Below are positions 43,171 through 50,019 of a stretch of 64,000 nt of DNA, in pieces; positions within the stretch are counted from its first letter, which is position 1, and every line of letters begins with the position of its first letter. Made by a program: the position numbers and the translations under genes. The notes beneath the pieces are model-generated. The model saw only the letters and a list, made by a program, of their open reading frames with translations, was not told the DNA's origin and did no database searches. This DNA is from an uncultured Verrucomicrobiota bacterium (GTDB lineage Bacteria > Verrucomicrobiota > Verrucomicrobiia > Chthoniobacterales > JACTMZ01). The stretch lies in NCBI GenBank assembly GCA_903953565.1, contig CAJBKE010000055.1:65957-129956 (forward strand). Direction: 5' to 3'.

Positions 43171-44447
43171 ACGCGACATGCTGAAATTACCTGATCCGCA
43201 ATCTGATCCCAGCTGTAACTCTTCTCCACCAACTCTCTCCCCCTCAATCCCCTTTCCGCGCGCTCCGCGTCCTCTGCGGTTAGAGCACTTCTTAAAGTCT
43301 TTTCTACGGAATCTAGTTCCGGACGACTCTCCCAAGCGCCACCCGCGGCCGTGAGTTCCGGGAAATTGCACTCATCCGTCTGCACCACCGGAATGCGATG
43401 CGCCGCCGCTTCCAGCACCGCCATCGGGAATCCCTCGGAATAGGAGGGCAACACAAACAAATCCGCCGTGCGTAACAGCGCATGCTTCTCCGGCCCTGAA
43501 ACCGCCGGATGGATCCAACACGTCTCCGAGCATCCACAGTCCGCAATCATCTTCTCCACCGTCGCCTGATATCCCCCTTCATCCGGACCCACGATCAACA
43601 ACTCCCAATCCGGAAACTCTTTGCTCAACTTCCCCCAAGCCGGCACCAACAAATCCAGCCCCTTCTTCGCATGAATCCGGGACAGGAAAAGCAGGCGCTT
43701 GGGCCGGCGCCGCCGCATCCAAGCGCCGTAGCGGGTAGAAAGTTGCGAGTCACTGGTCTTTGTATCTCCGACTGAAACACTGTCCTTCCGAAACACCGAG
43801 GCCCCCGGCCAACCCTGTCCCCTTCCTCCTGTCTCCTGTTTCCCTTCGTGCGCGTCGAGCTCATCGACTTCGTCGATGTCGATGCCGTTCGGAATCACAT
43901 GCACGACCGCATGCGATCCGACGACCGCACGAATCTGCTCCGCCTCCTTGTTCGACACAGCGCGCCACCAACGGACGTGAGCGATGTTTTTATCTTCGAA
44001 CAGCCAATGCGCGAGGCGCTTTTTACCCCGCGAGCGGCGGAGGATCCACGGATCGAAAAATCCCTGCGGATGGTAAACCAGCGGCTTGCCACGTTTCCGC
44101 GCCTCGCCCCCGAGCCACATATTGGTCCAAACGTAGAGCCCATGACCATGAAACCACTCCGCCTGTTCCACCGCCTCCGCCGCAAGTCGCTTCAACTCCG
44201 GTGCATAACAAGCCTTCGCCGGCCCCTTGCGAACCCCCTGGATGACATCGGGCCAAGTCCGATGAAAATCCGCCGCTCGCGTCGCGAGCAGCAAGGATTT
44301 CGAGGCATGGGCAAAATCCGAACCCTGACTACTGCCACCTGACGACTGCCAACTCTTACCTCGCATAGCGAGGTGAAGAGACAACGCCGCCTGCCCCAAC
44401 CCCGCCCCCTGCAGCGGCTCGAGCGATTGAACAAAATGTAAGTGCAT
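43167..44447 (-). CDS. GT4-family glycosyltransferase with one in-frame R4 insertion
   Basis: RLLFLSRIHAKKGLDLL, LFVLPSYSEGFPMAVLEAAAHRIPVVQT. The insert KQETGGRGQGWPGASVFRKDSVSVGDTKTSDSQ lies before the C-terminal domain. Confidence 0.8.
   Translation of the reverse strand: MHLHFVQSLEPLQGAGLGQAALSLHLAMRGKSWQSSGGSSQGSDFAHASKSLLLATRAADFHRTWPDVIQGVRKGPAKACYAPELKRLAAEAVEQAEWFHGHGLYVWTNMWLGGEARKRGKPLVYHPQGFFDPWILRRSRGKKRLAHWLFEDKNIAHVRWWRAVSNKEAEQIRAVVGSHAVVHVIPNGIDIDEVDELDAHEGKQETGGRGQGWPGASVFRKDSVSVGDTKTSDSQLSTRYGAWMRRRRPKRLLFLSRIHAKKGLDLLVPAWGKLSKEFPDWELLIVGPDEGGYQATVEKMIADCGCSETCWIHPAVSGPEKHALLRTADLFVLPSYSEGFPMAVLEAAAHRIPVVQTDECNFPELTAAGGAWESRPELDSVEKTLRSALTAEDAERAERGLRGRELVEKSYSWDQIADQVISACRV
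43766..43846. repeat. R4 heptad element (in frame in GT4)
   Basis: ctccgactgaaacactgtccttccgaaacaccgaggcccccggccaaccctgtccccttcctcctgtctcctgtttccc is related to 26391-26480. Confidence 0.6.
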
Positions 44448-44448
44448 T

Positions 44449-44503
44449 GCGCGTGCTTCACCCGCGCAGTGGCGAGTACGAAGGTTAAAGGTTAAAAGTA
44501 ACG
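44449..44503. repeat. F1: 55-nt leader element directly upstream of the GT4 ATG (direct repeat of F2)
   Basis: The hairpin gcgcgtg-cttca-cccgcgc, then ..ggttaaaggttaaaagtaacg. It is about 80 percent identical to 44752-44806. Confidence 0.6.
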
Positions 44504-44567
44504 CCGGCCTACAGAGAAAACCGCGTCATTCCGCTCCAATTTTCGACTTTGTGCGCGACGCAACAGC

Positions 44568-44740
44568 CTTCGTGGGGGGCACCACATGTCATGTTGCTGG
44601 CCGCACGAAGCATGTTGCTGCGCGCACGAACTTCGTGGTGGCCACCACATGTCATGTTGCTAGCTGCACAAAGCATGTTGCTGGTCGCACATAGTTCGTG
44701 GTGGCCCCCACAAGGCTTGTTGCCAGTCGCACATGGTCAT
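44568..44740. repeat. Tandem array: 63-bp unit x ~2.8, each unit made of three related 18-24-bp sub-units (GCACNAAGCATGTTGCTGGYC-like)
   Basis: Unit starts are at 44568, 44631 and 44694. Sub-unit starts are at 44579, 44603, 44624, 44642, 44666, 44687, 44705 and 44729. The array contains CTTCGTG/CACGAAG inverted repeats and the palindrome CACGAAcTTCGTG. Confidence 0.7.
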
Positions 44741-44751
44741 CATTCAGCAGG

Positions 44752-44806
44752 GCGCGGGCTTCACCCGCGCTGTAGCGGGTGGGAATGTAAAAGGTAAAAA
44801 GTAACG
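44752..44806. repeat. F2: second copy of the F1 leader element
   Basis: GCGCGGG-cttca-CCCGCGC is a perfect 7-bp hairpin, followed by ..tgtaaaaggtaaaaagtaacg. Confidence 0.6.
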
Positions 44807-44824
44807 ACGCGATCCGAATGGAGC

Positions 44825-45265
44825 CTAGAGCAGGGATTCCGCCAGAACCCGACTTTCGGGAGGCAATAAGGCCGCCAGCCGGGACCACGCGCGATCCATC
44901 ATAGACAAAGCATGTTCGGCCTCACCGCGCTCCACGACGCCAATATCACCGGGGTAACGCAAGTCCACCGCGTAAGGTGTCAGCAAACTGCAAGCTTCCT
45001 TGAGATCAGCCGTTGATGAATCGAGTTCGACCGCTGTATCAAGCAAAGCAACGAGGTTATGCGTCCGGGGCGCAGCTGCTCCCCGGGAAATCAGAAATGC
45101 TTTCAGTATTTTTTCGACCGCCTGCTGCGCGTGATAGCACGCAGTCTCAGGCACGGGCGCCTCGGCTTCAAAAAGCAGATGGGCAGAACGCCAATCCCAC
45201 TCGCCTCGCTTCACCCATTCGAGGCACTCCGCTTCGGGCGAATCGAACTCAAGAGGGGACGCCAT
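44825..45265 (-). CDS. HEPN-domain protein (toxin-type partner of MNT)
   Basis: Start moved to MASPLEFD. Contains CYHAQQAVEKILKAFL..THNLVALL..DLRYPG. Confidence 0.8.
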   Translation of the reverse strand: MASPLEFDSPEAECLEWVKRGEWDWRSAHLLFEAEAPVPETACYHAQQAVEKILKAFLISRGAAAPRTHNLVALLDTAVELDSSTADLKEACSLLTPYAVDLRYPGDIGVVERGEAEHALSMMDRAWSRLAALLPPESRVLAESLL

Positions 45266-45617
45266 AGAGAAGCTGTCCCTCGGTCTGCACGGCGCGCTCG
45301 ACCGAAGAGAGCCAGGAACTACGGCGGTGAAAATCACCCCGCCGGACCACCTTGATCTCCACCGGCAATTTGGTGCCCGCGAGAGAGGCGTAGGCCTCGC
45401 TGGCGAGGCGGCGCGGCGGCTGCTCGGTCTCATCATCGACGACAACCAGCAAATCAATGTCGCTCTCCGGACGTTGCTCGCCGCGCGCGTAAGAGCCGAA
45501 AAGGTAGATGGCGCGAGCCGGTATGCGCTGAGCGATGGTTTTCACCGCCTCACCGAGCGCGGCCTTGACCGGACCGCTCAGGCTACTTGCTTGCGATGCT
45601 AGCGTTTTCATCGGCAA
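45249..45617 (-). CDS. Minimal nucleotidyltransferase (MNT)
   Basis: IYLFGSYARGEQRPESDIDLLVVV. The gene overlaps the HEPN gene by 17 nt. Confidence 0.8.
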   Translation of the reverse strand: MPMKTLASQASSLSGPVKAALGEAVKTIAQRIPARAIYLFGSYARGEQRPESDIDLLVVVDDETEQPPRRLASEAYASLAGTKLPVEIKVVRRGDFHRRSSWLSSVERAVQTEGQLLYGVPS

Positions 45618-45862
45618 TACGTGAACTCATCTTCAGCTTCGGCAACGTCCCAGTCGATGGCGGCGACACCGAGTTCAGAAATCCGGTGGATAAAATCGTA
45701 ACGAGACATCGGGACCAACTGCGCCGCCTGGCCGGTGGTCAGCCGCCCCAGTTCGAAGAGCTTCGCCGCCATGGCAAAACGCGCCTCCGCCTCGAACTCC
45801 TCACGCGACATGTGCAGGGTCTCCAAGAGATCTTCGGGATATTGTGCAACCATCGTGGTCAT
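45608..45862 (-). CDS. UPF0175-family small HTH-like protein
   Basis: AAKLFELGRLTTGQAAQLVPMSRYDFIHRISELGV. The gene overlaps the MNT gene by 10 nt. Confidence 0.7.
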   Translation of the reverse strand: MTTMVAQYPEDLLETLHMSREEFEAEARFAMAAKLFELGRLTTGQAAQLVPMSRYDFIHRISELGVAAIDWDVAEAEDEFTYCR

Positions 45863-45963
45863 ACCATTGCAATCCTAAGCAGCATCAGGCCCAAAGCAAA
45901 CCGATAGATAGACCCGCTAGTCCTCCATGCACACCACATCGACGACAATGACTGCAAAATTTC

Positions 45964-46002
45964 CCCGTAAGACGAACCGCCAGACGGATTTGTTGTGCTC
46001 AC
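45964..46002 (-). promoter_or_regulatory. R2 box copy c: GCACAAC-N17-CGTCTTA upstream of the UPF0175-MNT-HEPN block
   Basis: Minus-sense GCACAAC (45998-45992), a 17-nt spacer, then CGTCTTA (45974-45968). It lies about 106 nt upstream of ATG 45862. Confidence 0.45.
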
Positions 46003-46200
46003 TTTTTCCATCTTCAAACGTAGATCACGGCGTGATCAGCATGGAGCGTGGAGCTCGGAGCAGATTAGACTAAAAAACCGAACACCGAAGACTGAGCTGA
46101 GGCTCTGCGTCCCCGTCTTTCTTTCTTTAGTTTCTTGGTCTTTTAGTCCCCGCGGCTCTGTGTCTCAGTGAGAACTAGGCTCTTAGCCCCGCGAGGTTAG
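46003..46200. repeat. Composite heptad-rich spacer (GATCAC-ggc-GTGATC hairpin, NNNGGAG heptads, CCGAACA/CCGAAGA, TCTTGGTCTTTTAGTC words)
   Basis: It shares tagatcacggNgtgatcagcatggagcgtggagc with 42372-42410 and tcttggtcttttagt with 49010-49050 (reverse complement), 20780 and 25470. Confidence 0.5.
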
Positions 46201-46222
46201 CGATGAACGCGGGCAGCAGAAC

Positions 46223-46408
46223 CTAAGCAGCGCGGGTCTTTGTGCCGCGTGGAGGCAGTTCGGGAAAAATTCCCGATTTGGCTAGCTTCTCCCACAACTC
46301 CTTGCTCACCGGCTCGCCGCCCTGTTGCTCAACCCACCGGTCAAACTCCGCATCGGACATGCCGTCCGTTTTAGCGACGCATTCGGCTTCGCCGCGAGGC
46401 AACTTCAT
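46223..46408 (-). CDS. Small acidic hypothetical protein (paralog of 46405..46602)
   Basis: SDAEFDRWVEQQGGEPVSKELWEKL aligns with VEEMDDWIIAQGGQSISPEELKDF of the upstream gene. There is a 4-nt overlap. Confidence 0.45.
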   Translation of the reverse strand: MKLPRGEAECVAKTDGMSDAEFDRWVEQQGGEPVSKELWEKLAKSGIFPELPPRGTKTRAA

Positions 46409-46602
46409 GGCAAAGCCGAGGCAAAGGGAAAGTCAGCGTCGCCGGGATTCTCGGCTTTCACGTCAGCCCATTGCGCGTGAGCCACAAAATCCTTCAGCTC
46501 TTCAGGCGATATCGACTGCCCGCCTTGAGCTATGATCCAATCGTCCATCTCCTCAACCGTAGCGGAGGCCGGGTCAATGAGCGGCATGTGGCTTCGCTCC
46601 AC
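46405..46602 (-). CDS. Small acidic hypothetical protein (paralog of 46223..46408)
   Basis: See the paralog entry. The gene starts 3 nt after the DUF2283 gene stop. Confidence 0.45.
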   Translation of the reverse strand: MERSHMPLIDPASATVEEMDDWIIAQGGQSISPEELKDFVAHAQWADVKAENPGDADFPFASALP

Positions 46603-46605
46603 GGC

Positions 46606-46803
46606 TTAGCCGGCCAAGGCGTAATCAATTGCCCTAGGGTTATCGACGCGTTTGCTGGCGTTCAGGATTTCCAAGCCGACGACATTGCCCGCGGCATCGT
46701 AGTCCAAGATGACACCGGGCTTGGCCTCGTCACTTTCTTCCACCAGCGCCTCGCTCAAAACGATCGAGAGCGCATCGACTTCGGGATCATAGGTTACTCT
46801 CAT
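46606..46803 (-). CDS. DUF2283-family small protein (antitoxin-type)
   Basis: MRVTYDPEVDALSIVLSE..DYDAAGNVVGLEILNASK. Confidence 0.75.
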   Translation of the reverse strand: MRVTYDPEVDALSIVLSEALVEESDEAKPGVILDYDAAGNVVGLEILNASKRVDNPRAIDYALAG

Positions 46804-47084
46804 AGTTTCCAGTATTTGTTGATTTTGGTTGTCCGGTAGATTGTTACGATTTTCTTCGGATTTGCAGCTTCATTGATAACAGCCCGCAGAAGACACGGCT
46901 TTCCGTCTTTCGCGCTAAGGCATTGGTAGCACACCAAGCCTCCGTGCGCTTCCATTATCTGATCCGGGTGCTCCATGAGCGACGCCACTTGCTCGGGTGA
47001 AATCTGACGCCGGAGCATTTCCTCCTCCGCATGCTTGGAGATGCTAAAGCTCACAAAGGGTGCTTCATATAGTTTTTCGACCAA
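46800..47084 (-). CDS. DUF4258-family protein (toxin-type)
   Basis: ISKHAEEEMLRRQISPEQVASLMEHPD..IVTIYRT. There is an ATGA overlap with the DUF2283 gene. Confidence 0.7.
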   Translation of the reverse strand: MVEKLYEAPFVSFSISKHAEEEMLRRQISPEQVASLMEHPDQIMEAHGGLVCYQCLSAKDGKPCLLRAVINEAANPKKIVTIYRTTKINKYWKL

Positions 47085-47150
47085 CGAGCGGCGGCCCGTT
47101 ACTAGTCAAACCCGTTTCATCCGGCAAACAAGCCGCCGGTCTCGTTTCCA

Positions 47151-47702
47151 CTATGAGGTCGAATACTCGGCAGAGCCGATCAGCAGATCGATGACCGCGG
47201 CCAACCAAATCATGTGGGTGCATTCGACGATGTTGTAAGCGCGGCTATCGGCCCAAAGGTTAATATCGGCAAGCGCGCCGAGGGGATTGTCTTTGGCAAA
47301 GCCGGTGAAGGCCGCGACATACAGTCCAAGCTCTTTGGCGTGCTGAGCAGCTTTGACCACATTGGGCGATTTGCCGCTGCTGCTGATCAGGATGAGGACA
47401 TCCCCTTTGTCGGCGTAGAAATCGAGGGCCTTGGCGATCCAGTTTTCGTATCCGCAATCATTGCCGAGCGCAGTGATGAGGTTGGCATCGTTGAAGGCCA
47501 TGGCGCGGACCTTCCCCTGCTTGGAAAAATCCGTGGCCAAATGGCTGGCGATCGAAGCGCTCGCGCCATTGCCGGCCAGCATAAGCTTGTGCCCGGAGTC
47601 CCGGGCTTCAGCGATGCGGTCCTTGAGACGGGTGATGAGTCCGGGGATCTGCGGATCCGCGAGCAGCCGTGGATATTCGGCCAAGTAGGATTGGAGGTTC
47701 AT
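47151..47702 (-). CDS. SIS-domain sugar-phosphate isomerase (GmhA-like)
   Basis: KLMLAGNGASASIASHLATDF, GDVLILISSSGKSPNVVKAAQHAKELG. Confidence 0.75.
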   Translation of the reverse strand: MNLQSYLAEYPRLLADPQIPGLITRLKDRIAEARDSGHKLMLAGNGASASIASHLATDFSKQGKVRAMAFNDANLITALGNDCGYENWIAKALDFYADKGDVLILISSSGKSPNVVKAAQHAKELGLYVAAFTGFAKDNPLGALADINLWADSRAYNIVECTHMIWLAAVIDLLIGSAEYSTS

Positions 47703-47723
47703 GATTTTGATTGATGAAACGTT

Positions 47724-48989
47724 CTATGTCGTAACTTCGTCGAGCGCGGAAATCTTGTCCGCTTCCTTGAGGGCCATACCGACGACTTGGTCCATGTTGT
47801 AGTAGCGGTAGGTGGCCAAGCGTCCAATGAACGACACTGAAGGTGTCGTAGTGGCGGGTGACGGGTGGCTAGTGGCGAGCGAAGAAGAGAGTGACCGGAG
47901 GTGGTCCGGGAAGGGATCCGATTCGGTGAGAGCTTTATATTTCTGGTAGGTCGCGGCGGAGTCGGGGGCCGGGATCGGATAGTAGGCTTCTTTGCCGGGG
48001 CCGAAATCGTCGGGATATTCGCGGACAATCGTTGTGTTTTCACACTGCTGACCGGTGGCGTGCTTGATTTCGACGATGCGGGTGAACTCCTCGTCGTTCG
48101 GATAATTCACCTGCATGGCGGGTTGGTAAAAGCCCGGAGGGCTTTCGAAAGATGAGGGCGGAGACCTGAAACCTGAGTGATAGGAAGATAACTGCTCGGA
48201 GGTGAAGGATTCGGGTTCGAAGCGGAGCGAGCGATACGGGAGGCGTCCGTGGCAGTAGTCGTAGTATTCGTCGATCGGACCGGTGTAGACGAGGCGCTTG
48301 AAGTTCACCTGCGGCAGGATGTCGCGGAACTCGGTGTTGAGCATGATCTCCAGCTTGTCTCCGCACGCTGCAACCATGCGCTCGAACATCACCGTGTAGC
48401 CATCTTTCGGAATCGCTTGGAAATCTTCGCGCAGGTAGCGGTCGTCTCGGTTGGTGCGGATCGGGATTCGTCCGCAGACTGACGCATCAAGATCCCTCGG
48501 ATGACGCCGCCACTGCTTGAGCGTGTAGCCTTTGAAAAACTTCTCGTAGAGCTCCCAGCCGACTTGGCTGACGATGACTTCTTCTGAGTTCGCCGGATTT
48601 TCGATGGGCACGCGGTGCTCGGCGATCCACGCTTCCATTTCTTCCGAGGTGGAGGGACGCCCGAGGAATTGCTCGAAGGTGTTGAGGTTGATCGGGAAAT
48701 TCCAATAGCGGCCGTCGGAGTAAGACAGAATTTTGTATTCGACCGGATGCCATTCGGTGAACTGGCTCAAGTAGTCGACAATGCGCGGGGCGTTGGTGCG
48801 GAAATAATGCGGTCCGTAAGTGTGAATCAGAACGCCGGCTTCGTCGTATTTGTCATAAGCATTGCCGCCGAGGTGATCACGCTTCTCGACAATGAGACAC
48901 GTCTTCCCCTGTTGCGTGGTGAGACGCTCGGCGATGGTCAGGCCGGAAAACCCGGCGCCGACAATCAGGCAGTCGATGTTGCGGAGCAT
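47724..48989 (-). CDS. glf: UDP-galactopyranose mutase with an in-frame heptad-repeat insert
   Basis: DCLIVGAGFSGLTIAERL, LIVEKRDHLGGNAYD, HTYGPHYFRTN, FIGRLATYRYYNMDQ. An extra ~25 aa (SDPFPDHLRSLSSSLATSHPSPATTTPS) precedes the FIGRL block. Confidence 0.9.
   Translation of the reverse strand: MLRNIDCLIVGAGFSGLTIAERLTTQQGKTCLIVEKRDHLGGNAYDKYDEAGVLIHTYGPHYFRTNAPRIVDYLSQFTEWHPVEYKILSYSDGRYWNFPINLNTFEQFLGRPSTSEEMEAWIAEHRVPIENPANSEEVIVSQVGWELYEKFFKGYTLKQWRRHPRDLDASVCGRIPIRTNRDDRYLREDFQAIPKDGYTVMFERMVAACGDKLEIMLNTEFRDILPQVNFKRLVYTGPIDEYYDYCHGRLPYRSLRFEPESFTSEQLSSYHSGFRSPPSSFESPPGFYQPAMQVNYPNDEEFTRIVEIKHATGQQCENTTIVREYPDDFGPGKEAYYPIPAPDSAATYQKYKALTESDPFPDHLRSLSSSLATSHPSPATTTPSVSFIGRLATYRYYNMDQVVGMALKEADKISALDEVTT
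47843..47925. repeat. Heptad insert in glf, including (CACCCGY)-type units in reverse orientation
   Basis: cgtagtg gcgggtg acgggtg gctagtg gcgagcg aagaaga gagtgac cggaggt. It belongs to the same family as 4812-4846. Confidence 0.6.
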
Positions 48990-49057
48990 GGAGCGGTGCG
49001 GCGAAGCCGCGGACTAGAGACTAAGAGACGAAGGAACTAAAAGACCAAGAGACAGCC

Positions 49058-49140
49058 GAGTCTGCGGAGATGGGTCGCCGCGGCGACCAAACGGGTAACG
49101 AGTCGAGCCGCTACTCGGGCTTTTCGGCGACGCGGGCGGT
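49058..49140. repeat. 83-84-bp direct repeat copy 1 (covers the last 10 codons of DUF2442 gene 1 plus 53 nt downstream)
   Basis: gagtctgcggagatgGGTCGCCGCGGCGACCaaacgggtaacgagtcgagccgctactcgggcttttcggcgacgcgggcggt. It contains a 16-bp perfect palindrome. Confidence 0.75.
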
Positions 49141-49383
49141 TGCGAATCGGCGCTGGCCGAAGTCACCACGTCTCAAACCACCGAGCGAGAGATCTTCGTC
49201 AAGATCAGGCCAGTGCAAACCGAATGGGGAAATTTCCACATTGTTGAGTTGGGCTTCGGTCCCGCAACTCAACCGCGGATTTTCTCCGACCGGGAAACGC
49301 AATTCAGAACCGTCCTCCATCTCAACGACCATGGCCGGAGCAGAGTAGTAAACGCGCTTCGCTTTAGCGTCCGAAGTGCTCAT
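49111..49383 (-). CDS. DUF2442-family protein
   Basis: The size, its position after a DUF4160 gene, and the motif ..RVYYSAPAMVVEMEDGSELRFPV... The C-terminus ARVAEKPE is encoded by the repeat. Confidence 0.65.
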   Translation of the reverse strand: MSTSDAKAKRVYYSAPAMVVEMEDGSELRFPVGENPRLSCGTEAQLNNVEISPFGLHWPDLDEDLSLGGLRRGDFGQRRFATARVAEKPE

Positions 49384-49600
49384 GCCACTTATCCAATATC
49401 AGCTGTTTGTTTTCCTGGGCAAGCTGTTGGGCCTTTGCCAGATCATTAAGTCTGAAGCCGTGGGATTCCCGCAGTTCCACGCCGTCCGCAACGTCAAAGA
49501 TTGCCTCGGCGCCCGCCTTCACAACATGCACGTGGACCGGTTCATGGTCGTTGCTGTAAAAGCCGAAGCGGAAGCCGTCTTGTTCAAATACTCTGGGCAT
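49364..49600 (-). CDS. DUF4160-family protein
   Basis: FRFGFYSNDHEPVHVHVVKAGAEAIF. Confidence 0.7.
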   Translation of the reverse strand: MPRVFEQDGFRFGFYSNDHEPVHVHVVKAGAEAIFDVADGVELRESHGFRLNDLAKAQQLAQENKQLILDKWHEHFGR

Positions 49601-49642
49601 GGCGCAGGCAGGCGTGTCCGCCTGTCACGAGTTGCTGGAACC

Positions 49643-49726
49643 GGACTCTGCGGAGACGGGTCGCCGCGGCGACCAAACGGGTAACGAGTGGAGCCGCTAC
49701 TCGGGCTTTTCGGCGACGCGGGCGGT
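49643..49726. repeat. 83-84-bp direct repeat copy 2
   Basis: ggactctgcggagacgGGTCGCCGCGGCGACCaaacgggtaacgagtggagccgctactcgggcttttcggcgacgcgggcggt, nearly identical to 49058-49140. Confidence 0.75.
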
Positions 49727-50017
49727 CATCTGTGATTTCCACCGCTGGGCCGCAGCCGCAAAGGCATCTTTGTGCAGTGGCCAGTCGTGGAGAACCGAAG
49801 GATCGAAGTCCGCGCCGTTCGGCCAGACAACTGTGCCAACCTCAGAATCGAGCGCGACGCGTGAGAAGAGGAACGGGTCGCGGAGCGGGCCGTAGAGCTC
49901 CCCTTCAAGCACATCGGCAAGATCAACGACCGTCTCGACCCCGTCCTCAAAGCGAAGATGAAGCGAATAGGGTGCAACGCACTCGAACCCGGTAATCCTG
50001 TGGATGGGATGAGTCAT
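49697..50017 (-). CDS. DUF2442-family protein
   Basis: ITGFECVAPYSLHLRFEDGVETVVDL. It has the same repeat-encoded C-terminus ARVAEKPE. Confidence 0.7.
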   Translation of the reverse strand: MTHPIHRITGFECVAPYSLHLRFEDGVETVVDLADVLEGELYGPLRDPFLFSRVALDSEVGTVVWPNGADFDPSVLHDWPLHKDAFAAAAQRWKSQMTARVAEKPE

Positions 50018-50019
50018 GG

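Noticed and set aside
44568-44740. Possible CRISPR array (regularly spaced repeats).
   Set aside because: The intervening segments are themselves repeats (a 63-bp tandem unit made of related ~21-bp sub-units), so there are no unique spacers. No cas genes or leader are present in the window.
44549-44888. Track ORFs 44549..44797 (+) and 44652..44888 (-) across the tandem array.
   Set aside because: The reading frames are open only because of the repeat (periodic peptides such as HVMLLAA.SMLL). There is no start context, no domain, and they overlap the F2 repeat. A short minus-sense ORF (MMTMCDWQQALWGPPRTMCDQQHALCS) was also seen but has no support.
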